32,000 bases of DNA, taken from an uncultured Verrucomicrobiota bacterium. Lineage in GTDB: Bacteria > Verrucomicrobiota > Verrucomicrobiia > Limisphaerales > CAIMTB01. Below, piece after piece: positions 1-7,775 of this stretch; positions within the stretch are counted from its first letter, which is position 1, and every line of letters begins with the position of its first letter. A program made the position numbers and the translations under genes. The notes below the pieces were generated by a model. The model saw nothing but the letters and a program-made list of their open reading frames with translations, did no database searches and had not been told where the DNA came from. The DNA lies in assembly GCA_942490575.1 (NCBI GenBank), contig CALNYA010000060.1:1-32000 (forward strand). The letters run 5' to 3'.

Positions 1-427
1 CAGCGTAGCCGTTCAGGTGCATGTTGCTGTGGCCATTGCCGCTGACGTTCTTATGGTTCCGGACGATGTTCTCGAGGCTTCGTTCGGCCTCGATCATGGA
101 GCCGCCGGCGAAGCGGCTGTAGAACAAGGCGGGATCGTCGATGCGCCACCCGGTGAACACCATGATCAGCAGGTTGCGCGAGTCCCGAGTGAAGGTCTCC
201 TCGAACTTGCCCTCGAACGGCTGGAGGCGGCGGTCCAGCTTGGTGACCTTCTGGACGGGCCACGGCCATTTCAGGTAGAGGCCCGGCTCGGTGATGGGCC
301 GGGTGGCCTTGCCAAACGTGGTGACGACGGCCACTTCGGTCTGGCGGACCTGGAACAGGAACAGGAGCAGCAGGAACAATCCCAGCAGCAGGGTGCCGAT
401 GACGAGATTCAGTCGACTGGTCTTCAT
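1..427 (-). CDS. hflC: HflC-like SPFH/band-7 membrane protein, 5' part only (gene continues past the left window edge)
   Basis: Absent from the ORF track because no stop lies in the window. Hand translation of the reverse complement from ATG (comp. 425-427) gives MKTSRLNLVIGTLLLGLFLLLLFLFQVRQTEVAVVTTFGKATRPITEPGLYLKWPWPVQKVTKLDRRLQPFEGKFEETFTRDSRNLLIMVFTGWRIDDPALFY..., with no stop up to position 1. This is an N-terminal TM anchor followed by the usual start of an SPFH domain. It lies 48 nt downstream of the HflK-like gene on the same strand. Confidence 0.75.
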   Translation of the reverse strand, partial: MKTSRLNLVIGTLLLGLFLLLLFLFQVRQTEVAVVTTFGKATRPITEPGLYLKWPWPVQKVTKLDRRLQPFEGKFEETFTRDSRNLLIMVFTGWRIDDPALFYSRFAGGSMIEAERSLENIVRNHKNVSGNGHSNMHLNGYA

Positions 428-475
428 GTCGTTGCGGTGCGAATGGAGTCTGGAAAATGCAAAAACGGGAGCGCC

Positions 476-2345
476 TCAGCGTCGGGGTTCGACGACGGCA
501 TCGAGGAGGTCGGGTCGCAGCTTGTCTTCGAGGTTCAGCAGCAGGGTTTGTTGGGCGTTGGTGGAGGTGAGGACGATCTTCCGCGCCTGGCGCGCTCCGA
601 GCGCGAGCGACGTCAGGTACGCCCGTTCGAAAAGACCCGTGGCGATTGCTGGTAAGCGAGGAATTGGTTGGTGAACTGGGCGGCGCGGGCGAACTGGTCC
701 GCGATCACCCGGGTCCGGTAAGCCTCCGCGGCCCGCACCCGGTTCGTCGCCTCGGCCCGGGCGAGGATGACGTTGGTCAGCGCGTAGGTGCGTGAATTCT
801 CGATGATGGCCTCCTTCTCCTGGATGGCGGCCACGACCGAATTGAAATCCTTGCCGACCTTCACGGGCGGGTGCACGTCCTGCAACCCGACGAAGAGGAT
901 GTCCGCGCCCAGGTTGCGGGCGTCGGCCTCCTTCTGGATCCGCTGCTTCAATTCAAGCGCCGCCCGTTCCCGCGCCACGGACATCATCTCGAAGAAATCA
1001 CGACGCCCACGAGATAGAGAACGACCTCCCGGCTGGCGATCTTCTCGAGGAGATTGGTCGCGTTCGCGTGGCCGGTGGCCCAGGCCCGGAGGTCCTTGAT
1101 CTGGTACTGCACCGGGATGCTCACGGTCAGCAGGTTCACCGGGGGCGCCTGCTCCTGTCCGTCCACCTTGGGGGCGCTCGCTTCCCGACTGGCGACGAGA
1201 AGATTGTATTCCTCCTCGGAGTGTTGGGCCGTCCAAAGAATCGTGCGTTCGTGCTCCTTCTCGGGATCGGGGACGATGCCGATGACAAAGCTGCGGAGCT
1301 CCAGCGTCCGCTCCCGGTGGATCGCGTCGATGGGCCACGGGGCCTTGAAATGGACGCCCGGACCGAGGACTTCGCGGCCGGCGACGGGTTTGCCGTTGCG
1401 CTCGAGCAGAGCCTCCTCGCCGGCGTCGATGAACACGAAACACGTCGAGAAAAGCAGCACCGCCAACTGCCCCAGCACCATGGCTCCGGCCGCGCGTTGG
1501 AGGAACTGGTAGAACCACGTGTCGGAGACCTTGAACCCGAACTGGTAATCGAGGGCCTGCGCCATCGTGCTGAACAGGCCCGCGGGTTGGCCGAGCAACC
1601 CCACCAACCGACTCTCGTAGATGACCCGGGTGTCGACTCTCCCCCGGACCCGGGGCCGGTAAACTTCCAGCACCAGCGTCCCCAGCGTCTCGACCGCGGC
1701 CACGCCGGCCAGGATCGCGAACGCCCGCGCCAGGTACAGGTCGACGCTTGGAAAGCCGGCCTCCACCGCGCCGATGCCCAACGCCACCAGGAACGACACC
1801 GCCGCCCCGAGGAGGACGTAGGCGGAACCGGGGCGCAGAAGTCGCTGGTTGTCCAACTGGGCCAGCTTGACCCCGTACTTGCCGATCAGCAGCAGCACCA
1901 GGGACAACATCCCGAAGAGCGCCATCAGGAGCATCGGCCGACCCAGCTTCGCCGGGAACTCCTTCTGCAGCCACATCCACAGACCGACGGAAGCGGTGAT
2001 CTGGATGAGGAAGAGAATCACCGTCGCCACCGGAACGATGAACCGCTCGAACTGTTCCCGCGCCCGCTGGGCCGGGAAGATCTCCGCGTCCCCGGTGTCG
2101 AACAGGGTCGAACCTTTCGCGGACCGCGCCAGCTCTTCGAGTTCGAGCTTTTCAAGGCGCTCCCGCTCTTCGAGCCGCATCTGGAACCAGCTCAGGATGG
2201 CCACCAAGAGGCCGGTCGCCAGGAAGACCATCCCGGCCTGGCCGGCGAACGAGCCGCCCTGGCGCGCCAGATAAAGCCCGGACGCCCCGGCGACCAGGAG
2301 CATCACCAGATTCAACAACCCGATCCGTGTGAGATTCTGCCGCAT
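476..2345 (-). pseudogene. hflK: HflK-like SPFH/band-7 protein with a large polytopic N-terminal domain; reading frame broken twice (pseudogene or sequencing indels)
   Basis: Three collinear minus-strand segments in three frames. (1) ORF 984..2345: multi-TM N-region, then the SPFH start ...HFKAPWPIDAIHRERTLELRSFVIG...LLTVSIPVQYQIKDLRAW...NLLEKIASREVVLYLVG. (2) Frame of ORF 613..1980 from about 1005 downward: RRDFFEMMSVARERAALELKQRIQKEADARNLGADILFVGLQDVHPPVKV...FLAYQQSPRVF. (3) A third frame I translated by hand: ERAYLTSLALGARQARKIVLTSTNAQQTLLLNLEDKLRPDLLDAVVEPRR-stop (stop comp. 476-478). Frame changes lie near 998-1010 and 628-635 (an A4/T4 run). High GC3 follows the switching frame. Confidence 0.7.
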
Positions 2346-2348
2346 AGA

Positions 2349-3497
2349 TCAGCTCAATTCCCTGTTCTCGAACAACAGCAAGGCCAGCGCGAGGGCCGCC
2401 GCCAGGTAACACGCCATGTAGATGAACGCCCGCCAGACGTACGCCGTCGGGATCGAATTCGTCCCCTTCAACGCGTCCGCCATCCAAAAAAGCTGCCAAT
2501 TCGGCACGACGGTGTACGCCACCCGCGCCCAAAGCGACCCCGTCAGCCCGGCGGCCTTCATCGACCGCAGATCGTCCGCCGTCAGCGACCCCGCTTCGGC
2601 CGGCTCCAGCCGTCCGGACTCGTTCGCGTCATGCCGTTTCACCACCGCCGTGAGCAGTTCACGCTGCGCGTCGGTCCATGGCGACGACTGCAAGTCCTCG
2701 GTCTTGGTCGAGTAGGTCCGCCAGGCCGGCTCCGCGTACCGGCCGAACAGGTAGTCGGACATCAGGCCGAGGAGGAAGATCGCCGAACAAACCGCCAGCG
2801 TCGGGATCAGGTCCAGGCGGGTGGCGCACGCGATCGCCAGGCCGGCCAGCATCCAGAGAGCGAACAGGATCAGGAGCACGGCGGGAATCAGCCGGGGATC
2901 CGCCCGGCTCTCGAACCCCTCGGCGAACATGAACCGCGTCTCCATGGCGTTGATCACGAAGAAGGCCACCGTCGTCGTGCCCGCCAGCGCCATCACGGCG
3001 TCCGACACGAACGGACGGTTCAGGAAGAAGTTGTTGAAGCCGCCGATCGCGAAGGCCAGCGCCATCGCGCCGTAGAAGATGGCCAGCGCCTGGAGGTTCG
3101 GTTCCCCGTACGACGTGAACGCCAGTTTGCTCGCCGTCAGCGCGGACACCAGGTTCACGTAGGTCAGCAACGTCAGGGCGGCCGCCACGCCCGCGAATTT
3201 CGCCAACAAGAACTTCGCGCGCCCCACCGGCTTCGAAAGAACGGCGAGCGCCGTGCCCGACCGGATTTCGTGGGCGACCGAAGCCGCCGCGCTCAGCACC
3301 GCGCCGAACAATCCCGCCAGGAAGATCACCGCCAGAATGCTGTCCTTCGTCATCTTCGGATCATCGCCGAGAGCGAAGTAGTAAACATTGGCGAGGAACA
3401 CGATGAACGCCGACGACACGGCCATGAGCACCAGGAACACGGTCTGGCGCACCAGTTCCATGAACGCGTTCACCGCAATGGTCGTGAATTGCCGCAT
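2349..3497 (-). CDS. ABC-2 family transporter permease (no ATPase partner in window)
   Basis: ORF 2349..3497, 382 aa, multi-TM. The segment AHEIRSGTALAVLSKPVGRAKFLLAKF matches the conserved E-x-x-x-G-T...P-x-x-R...K signature of ABC-2 permeases. It ends 3 nt before the HflK-like start, so they are probably co-transcribed. Confidence 0.7.
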   Translation of the reverse strand: MRQFTTIAVNAFMELVRQTVFLVLMAVSSAFIVFLANVYYFALGDDPKMTKDSILAVIFLAGLFGAVLSAAASVAHEIRSGTALAVLSKPVGRAKFLLAKFAGVAAALTLLTYVNLVSALTASKLAFTSYGEPNLQALAIFYGAMALAFAIGGFNNFFLNRPFVSDAVMALAGTTTVAFFVINAMETRFMFAEGFESRADPRLIPAVLLILFALWMLAGLAIACATRLDLIPTLAVCSAIFLLGLMSDYLFGRYAEPAWRTYSTKTEDLQSSPWTDAQRELLTAVVKRHDANESGRLEPAEAGSLTADDLRSMKAAGLTGSLWARVAYTVVPNWQLFWMADALKGTNSIPTAYVWRAFIYMACYLAAALALALLLFENRELS

Positions 3498-3665
3498 GCC
3501 TGCCTGATCGCCTTCCCGATCGCCGCCTATCCAATACCCCGCATCGGGCCCAAAAAATGTCGGTCACCCATCCGTTTCATAATGCGGGGTGCGGATGGTG
3601 CGGATCGATCGTCCGCAAGGAAACTGTGTTTTTTATAGCACATCAATCGTCGGGGCCCGCCCGAC

Positions 3666-3941
3666 TCAGAAGAAAACGCCCGCCAGCAGGGCCGCCAGAA
3701 GCCCTAGCGCCACCCACCCCACCCAGGCGGGTACCCCCGATCGCTTCCGCCCCACCCCGCCGAATTCACGGCGAACGAACTCATCGTGGTCAAATCCTTC
3801 GGAACCAGGAAGATCCAAACGATCCACCGAGGCCTGATCCGACCAGCCGGTCCGGTCGTCCGCGCCACAATCCGGGCACGCCCTCGCGCCGCGCGGAATG
3901 TCCGCCCCGCAGTTGGGACAGGTCTCCGGCCCACTCGTCAT
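3666..3941 (-). CDS. Small zinc-ribbon protein with a C-terminal transmembrane helix
   Basis: This is the C-terminal 91 codons of track ORF 3666..4913, starting from ATG (comp. 3939-3941): MTSGPETCPNCGADIPRGARACPDCGADDRTGW...VPAWVGWVALGLLAALLAGVFF. It has two CxxC pairs and a hydrophobic tail. The ATG overlaps the kdsB stop in an ATGA arrangement. Confidence 0.6.
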   Translation of the reverse strand: MTSGPETCPNCGADIPRGARACPDCGADDRTGWSDQASVDRLDLPGSEGFDHDEFVRREFGGVGRKRSGVPAWVGWVALGLLAALLAGVFF

Positions 3942-4717
3942 CGTCCCCCCTTCAGAATCGCCTCCACCCGCGCAGCGTCCTCCGGTGTGTCCACCCCGAT
4001 GCTTTCGTAACCGACCTGGACCACCTGGATCTCGATGCCGTTCTCCAGCGCCCGCAGTTGTTCGAGTCGTTCCGCGGCCTCCAGGGCCGACACGGGAAAT
4101 CCCACCAACCGGAGGAGGGTGTCCTTCCGGAATCCATAAATCCCCAGGTGCTTCAGGAAGGGAAAACCTCCCAACCGCTCCGCCGCCGGGGCGTCGGCGA
4201 GATCGCGCAGGTACGGAATCGTCCGCCGCGAAAAATACAGGGCGCGCCCCGTCACGCCCACCACCACCTTCACCACGTTCGGGTTCTCGAAATCCTCGAG
4301 GCCCCGCAGCGCCGTGGCCGCCGTCGACATCGGCGCCTCCGCCAGGGCGGCCGACACCGCGTCGATCACCGCAGGATCCATCAGGGGTTCGTCCCCCTGG
4401 ATGTTCACGACCGCATCGCATTCGAGCCTCGAAGAAGCCTCCGCGATCCGGTCCGTCCCGCTCGGATGCTCCGGTCGGGTCATCTCCACCCGCGCGAATC
4501 CCCGCGCCACCGACGCGATCCGATCGTCGTCCGTCGCCACGACGACTTCGGCCAGGGACCGCGCCATCCGGCACCGTTCCACGACGTGTTGGATCAGGGG
4601 TTTGCCGGCGATCAGGTGAAGTGGTTTCCCGGGAAACCGCGTGGACGCATAACGCGCCGGCACCAGGCCCACGATCCGGCGGGGCGCCACCCAGCCTTCT
4701 TCGGTGCGTTGTGACAT
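3938..4717 (-). CDS. kdsB: 3-deoxy-manno-octulosonate cytidylyltransferase (CMP-KDO synthetase)
   Basis: ORF 3938..4717, 259 aa. It carries VGLVPARYASTRFPGKPL...GKPLIQHVVER...VVATDDDRI...HPSGTDRIAEA...VVNIQGDEPL...LEQLRALENG, the typical KdsB motif order. Confidence 0.93.
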   Translation of the reverse strand: MSQRTEEGWVAPRRIVGLVPARYASTRFPGKPLHLIAGKPLIQHVVERCRMARSLAEVVVATDDDRIASVARGFARVEMTRPEHPSGTDRIAEASSRLECDAVVNIQGDEPLMDPAVIDAVSAALAEAPMSTAATALRGLEDFENPNVVKVVVGVTGRALYFSRRTIPYLRDLADAPAAERLGGFPFLKHLGIYGFRKDTLLRLVGFPVSALEAAERLEQLRALENGIEIQVVQVGYESIGVDTPEDAARVEAILKGGR

Positions 4718-4726
4718 GCGCGATTC

Positions 4727-5365
4727 CTAGGCTTCCTTGGGCTGGCCGGCAAGCGGATGCCCGCCCGCCACGGCGCGGATTCGGTCCGCCGCCGCCGCCA
4801 GATCCTCCACAACCCACGCCCTCGCCTCCAAACCCGGGTTCGCGGCTTCCGTCTCCCGTCCGTAACCGGTCCGAACCAGGACGCTCGCCCGGACCCCCGC
4901 ATTCCATCCGCACTCGAGATCGGCGAGCTTGTCCCCGATCAAAAAGCTCCGGGAGAGGTCCACTCCGTAGGCGTCCCGGGCGTCGAAAAGAAACTGGGGC
5001 GAGGGTTTCCGTCCGCGACTCGGGGCTTCCGGCGCTTCCGGCGCGAAATAGATGTGCTCGAAACGAATCCCGTCGGAAAGCACCGACGCCTCCAGACGCC
5101 TGTTCACCGCGTGCATGTCCGCTTCGGTGTAGTAGCCGCGCCCGATGCCCGACTGGTTCGTCACCACGAACAACAGGAAACCCGCGTCCCGCAACCGCTT
5201 CAACGCCTCCGGAACACCCGGCAACAACGTCAGCCGCGCCGGATCGCTCAGGTAGTTCCGTTCGACGTTCAGCGTCCCGTCGCGGTCCAGGAAAACGGCC
5301 GGACGACGCTCCAGGACCACGTCCCGCCGCCGACCCGCATCGCCCGCTGTGATGGCTGTTCCCAT
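4727..5365 (-). CDS. gmhB: D-glycero-beta-D-manno-heptose-1,7-bisphosphate 7-phosphatase (HAD-IIIA)
   Basis: ORF 4727..5365. It has HAD motif I FLDRDGTLN, motif II VVTNQSGIGRG and a C-terminal IGDKLADLECGWNAG. It is adjacent to kdsB. Confidence 0.85.
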   Translation of the reverse strand: MGTAITAGDAGRRRDVVLERRPAVFLDRDGTLNVERNYLSDPARLTLLPGVPEALKRLRDAGFLLFVVTNQSGIGRGYYTEADMHAVNRRLEASVLSDGIRFEHIYFAPEAPEAPSRGRKPSPQFLFDARDAYGVDLSRSFLIGDKLADLECGWNAGVRASVLVRTGYGRETEAANPGLEARAWVVEDLAAAADRIRAVAGGHPLAGQPKEA

Positions 5366-5563
5366 GCCCGGATTACCCTGCCCGGTCTCCGCCCCGGCCT
5401 CAAGCGGCCTCGCCGAGGACCACCCCGGAACACCGAGCGCACGGAAGCGAGGGTGGATCGGGGGGACGAAGCGATCCGTGCCAACCGGCGGTTCCCCTCC
5501 CGTTCACCGCGACACTCCACTCCGCGCTCCACATCCGGCCGGGACTCGGGTAGGCTGCCGGCC

Positions 5564-6043
5564 GTGGATCCACTCCTGAAACTGATCCGGGAAAACGCCG
5601 CCCTGAAGCCCTCCCAACTGGCCGCCCTACTCGACAGCACCGAGTCCGAGATCACCGCCAGGATACAGGCCTTCGAGCGGGACCGCGTCATCCTGGGTTA
5701 CCGGACCGTCCTGAATGAGGAAAAGCTCGGTCGCGACATCGTCCGGGCGGTGATCGAGGTCAAAACCACCCCGGAACGCGGCGGCGGCTTCGACCGGCTC
5801 GCGGATCGCATCTCGAAGTATTCCGAGGTCGAATCCTGCTACCTCATGTCCGGCGGCTACGACCTCCTCGTCATCGTGATCGGCAACAACCTTCGGGAAG
5901 TGGCCAACTTCGTCTCGGAAAAGCTCTCCACGATCCAGGGCGTGATTTCGACCTCCACGCATTTCCTCCTGAAGCCTTACAAGGAGCAGGGCGTGCTCAC
6001 CTCCGGCCCGACCACGCTGGAACGACTGCCGGTGACGCCATGA
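5564..6043 (+). CDS. Lrp/AsnC family transcriptional regulator
   Basis: This is the C-terminal part of track ORF 4757..6043. An in-frame GTG at 5564 gives (M)DPLLKLIRENAALKPSQLAALLDSTESEITARIQAFERDRVILGYRTVLN...VIEVKTTPE...VESCYLMSGGYDLLVIV. That is an HTH plus RAM/AsnC_trans_reg domain of about 159 aa. The start codon choice is uncertain. Confidence 0.85.
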   Translation: MDPLLKLIRENAALKPSQLAALLDSTESEITARIQAFERDRVILGYRTVLNEEKLGRDIVRAVIEVKTTPERGGGFDRLADRISKYSEVESCYLMSGGYDLLVIVIGNNLREVANFVSEKLSTIQGVISTSTHFLLKPYKEQGVLTSGPTTLERLPVTP

Positions 6044-6095
6044 GGGCGATATGCTCCGTTGACGCGCCCCAAGGCGGTTCCCTAGCGTGACCGCC

Positions 6096-7154
6096 ATGCG
6101 CTTTCGCTCGTGGAGCGTCCTGACGTTGGTAGCCGCGCTGTGCCTTGTGCCACAGCGGGCTCCCGCTCCCCTCATCTACCGCCCAGGCGAAGGCTGGTCC
6201 TACGAACCCGAAGGCGGCGCCCGCTGGCAGCGCAACCGCGCCAAGGACCAACTCGAAGTCGCCCAGAAGGCGTTCGATGAAGGCAAGTTCCGCCTCGCAT
6301 CCAAGGCCGCCCGCCGCGTCACCAAGGTCTGGCCCCTCTCCGATTTCACGTCCCAGGCGCAGTACCTCGTCGGCCGCTCCTACGAGGAACGCGGCCGCCC
6401 CGACCGCGGCTTCAAGGCCTACCAAACGCTCATCGAACGGTATCCGAAACTCGAAAATTACGGCGAAGTCCTCCAGCGCCAGTTCGACATCGCCACCCTC
6501 TATCTCAACGGAAAGTGGTTCTACCTCTGGGGCTTCATCCCCGCCGGACCCGACCGCGACAAGGTCGTCGAAATGTACGAGAAACTCATCCGGAACGGGC
6601 CCTACAGCGATGTCGCGCCCAAGGCCCAGATGAACATCGCCGCCGCCCGGGAGAGACAGAAGGAATGGGAACTGGCCGTCCGCGCCTACGAACGCGCCGC
6701 CGACCGCTACAACGACCAGCCGGAGATCGCTTCCGAGGCCTTCTTCCTCAGCGGCATGGCCCACCTCCAGCAGGCCAAAGAGGCCGAATACGACCAGAGC
6801 GCCGCCGGCAAGGCCATCAACTCGTTCACCGATTTCATGGCCCTGTTCCCCGACGACCCGCGCGTCGCCGAATGCAGGAGCCGGATCATCGAGTTGTACC
6901 GCGTCCAAGCCAGCGGCAGTTACAACATCGCCCGGTACTACGAGAAACGCCGCCGTTACGACGGCGCCCTCATTTACTACAACGAGGTCGTCGATCTCTA
7001 CACCCGCCTCGTCAAGGAACCCAACGCCGAGGTCGCCGAGGAGGCCCGCGTGCGCATCGCCGACCTCAGCGCCCGACGCTCCCGGCTCAACGCCCCGGAA
7101 CCCGCGCCGCCGGCCGCTTCCTCCACCAACGCCCCGACCTCCACGCCCCCATGA
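6096..7154 (+). CDS. bamD: Outer membrane protein assembly factor BamD (TPR-type)
   Basis: Track ORF 6087..7154 (GTG 6087; ATG 6096 gives MRFRSWSVLTLVAALCLV as signal peptide). TPR-like helices with ...AQYLVGRSYEERG...YQTLIERYP...AQMNIAAARERQKEWELAVRAYERAADRY...SEAFFLSGMAHLQQ...FMALFPDDPRVAECRSRI... match the YfiO/BamD pattern. Confidence 0.8.
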   Translation: MRFRSWSVLTLVAALCLVPQRAPAPLIYRPGEGWSYEPEGGARWQRNRAKDQLEVAQKAFDEGKFRLASKAARRVTKVWPLSDFTSQAQYLVGRSYEERGRPDRGFKAYQTLIERYPKLENYGEVLQRQFDIATLYLNGKWFYLWGFIPAGPDRDKVVEMYEKLIRNGPYSDVAPKAQMNIAAARERQKEWELAVRAYERAADRYNDQPEIASEAFFLSGMAHLQQAKEAEYDQSAAGKAINSFTDFMALFPDDPRVAECRSRIIELYRVQASGSYNIARYYEKRRRYDGALIYYNEVVDLYTRLVKEPNAEVAEEARVRIADLSARRSRLNAPEPAPPAASSTNAPTSTPP

Positions 7155-7759
7155 TCCCGAGATCGGCGCACGGCCCCCTTCCCGTCCCACCGGCTCCCGC
7201 CCGGCCCCGGCCCCGGCCCCACCCCCCCCGCGCGCCGATTGCCCCCACCCTTGGAAGCGCCGTGACGCTCCTCCTCGTCTCGCTGCTCGCCTGCGCTTCC
7301 GGCTGCGCCTACAAGGTCGGTCCCTCGAGCGGTGTCGCTCCCGGCAGCCGTTCCATCACCATTCGCCCCTTCTCGAACGCCACGCTCGAACCGCGCGTCA
7401 CGGAAACCGTCGCCAACGCCCTGCGATCCCAGCTTCAGCAGGAGGGCACGTTCGAACTCGCCACCCACGGCGACGGCGACGTCGTCGTCTCCGGCGTCAT
7501 CCAGGACCTCATCCGCGAGGAGCAAAGCTTCCAGGCCCGCGACACCCGGACCCTTCGCGACTACTCCTTCGAAATGGTCGCCCACGTCACCGCCATCGAG
7601 CGCGGCTCCGGCCGCACGCTTCTTGACCGCGAGGTCCGCGGCCACACGATGCTCCGGGTCGTCAGCGATCTACCCAGCGCCGAACGACAAGCCATGCCTC
7701 TCGTCGCCGCCAATCTCGCCCGCAACATCACCTCCCTGCTCGTCGACGGAGACTGGTAA
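7151..7759 (+). CDS. lptE: LptE-like LPS-assembly lipoprotein
   Basis: This is the C-terminal part of track ORF 6515..7759. ATG 7151 overlaps the bamD stop (ATGA); an alternative in-frame GTG lies at 7262. It has the lipobox-like LLACASGC followed by ITIRPFSNATLEPRVTETVANALRSQL...VVVSGVIQDL, resembling the LptE family. The assignment rests on motif resemblance plus context next to bamD. Confidence 0.55.
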   Translation: MIPRSAHGPLPVPPAPARPRPRPHPPRAPIAPTLGSAVTLLLVSLLACASGCAYKVGPSSGVAPGSRSITIRPFSNATLEPRVTETVANALRSQLQQEGTFELATHGDGDVVVSGVIQDLIREEQSFQARDTRTLRDYSFEMVAHVTAIERGSGRTLLDREVRGHTMLRVVSDLPSAERQAMPLVAANLARNITSLLVDGDW

Positions 7760-7775
7760 CTCCACCACCACCACC

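Noticed and set aside
1068-3638. Very long six-frame ORFs: 1068..3638 + (856 aa), 3898..5352 +, 5997..7190 -, 11271..13472 - (733 aa), 13391..15385 - (664 aa), 18761..20461 + (566 aa), 26642..28294 + (550 aa) and 29331..30584 -
   Set aside because: All lie antisense or out of frame to genes with clear family signatures. Their products are Arg/Pro/Gly/His/Asp-rich low-complexity strings with no recognisable motifs. Stop-poor alternative frames are expected at this GC content.
7195-7235. Short tandem CCCCGG/CCGGCC repeats and the C-run at the bamD/lptE-like junction, plus the (CAC)n run at 7763-7775
   Set aside because: These are low-complexity sequence encoding a Pro/Arg-rich linker (PARPRPRPHPPRAP) or lying in a short spacer. 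They are too short and irregular to call a repeat feature.
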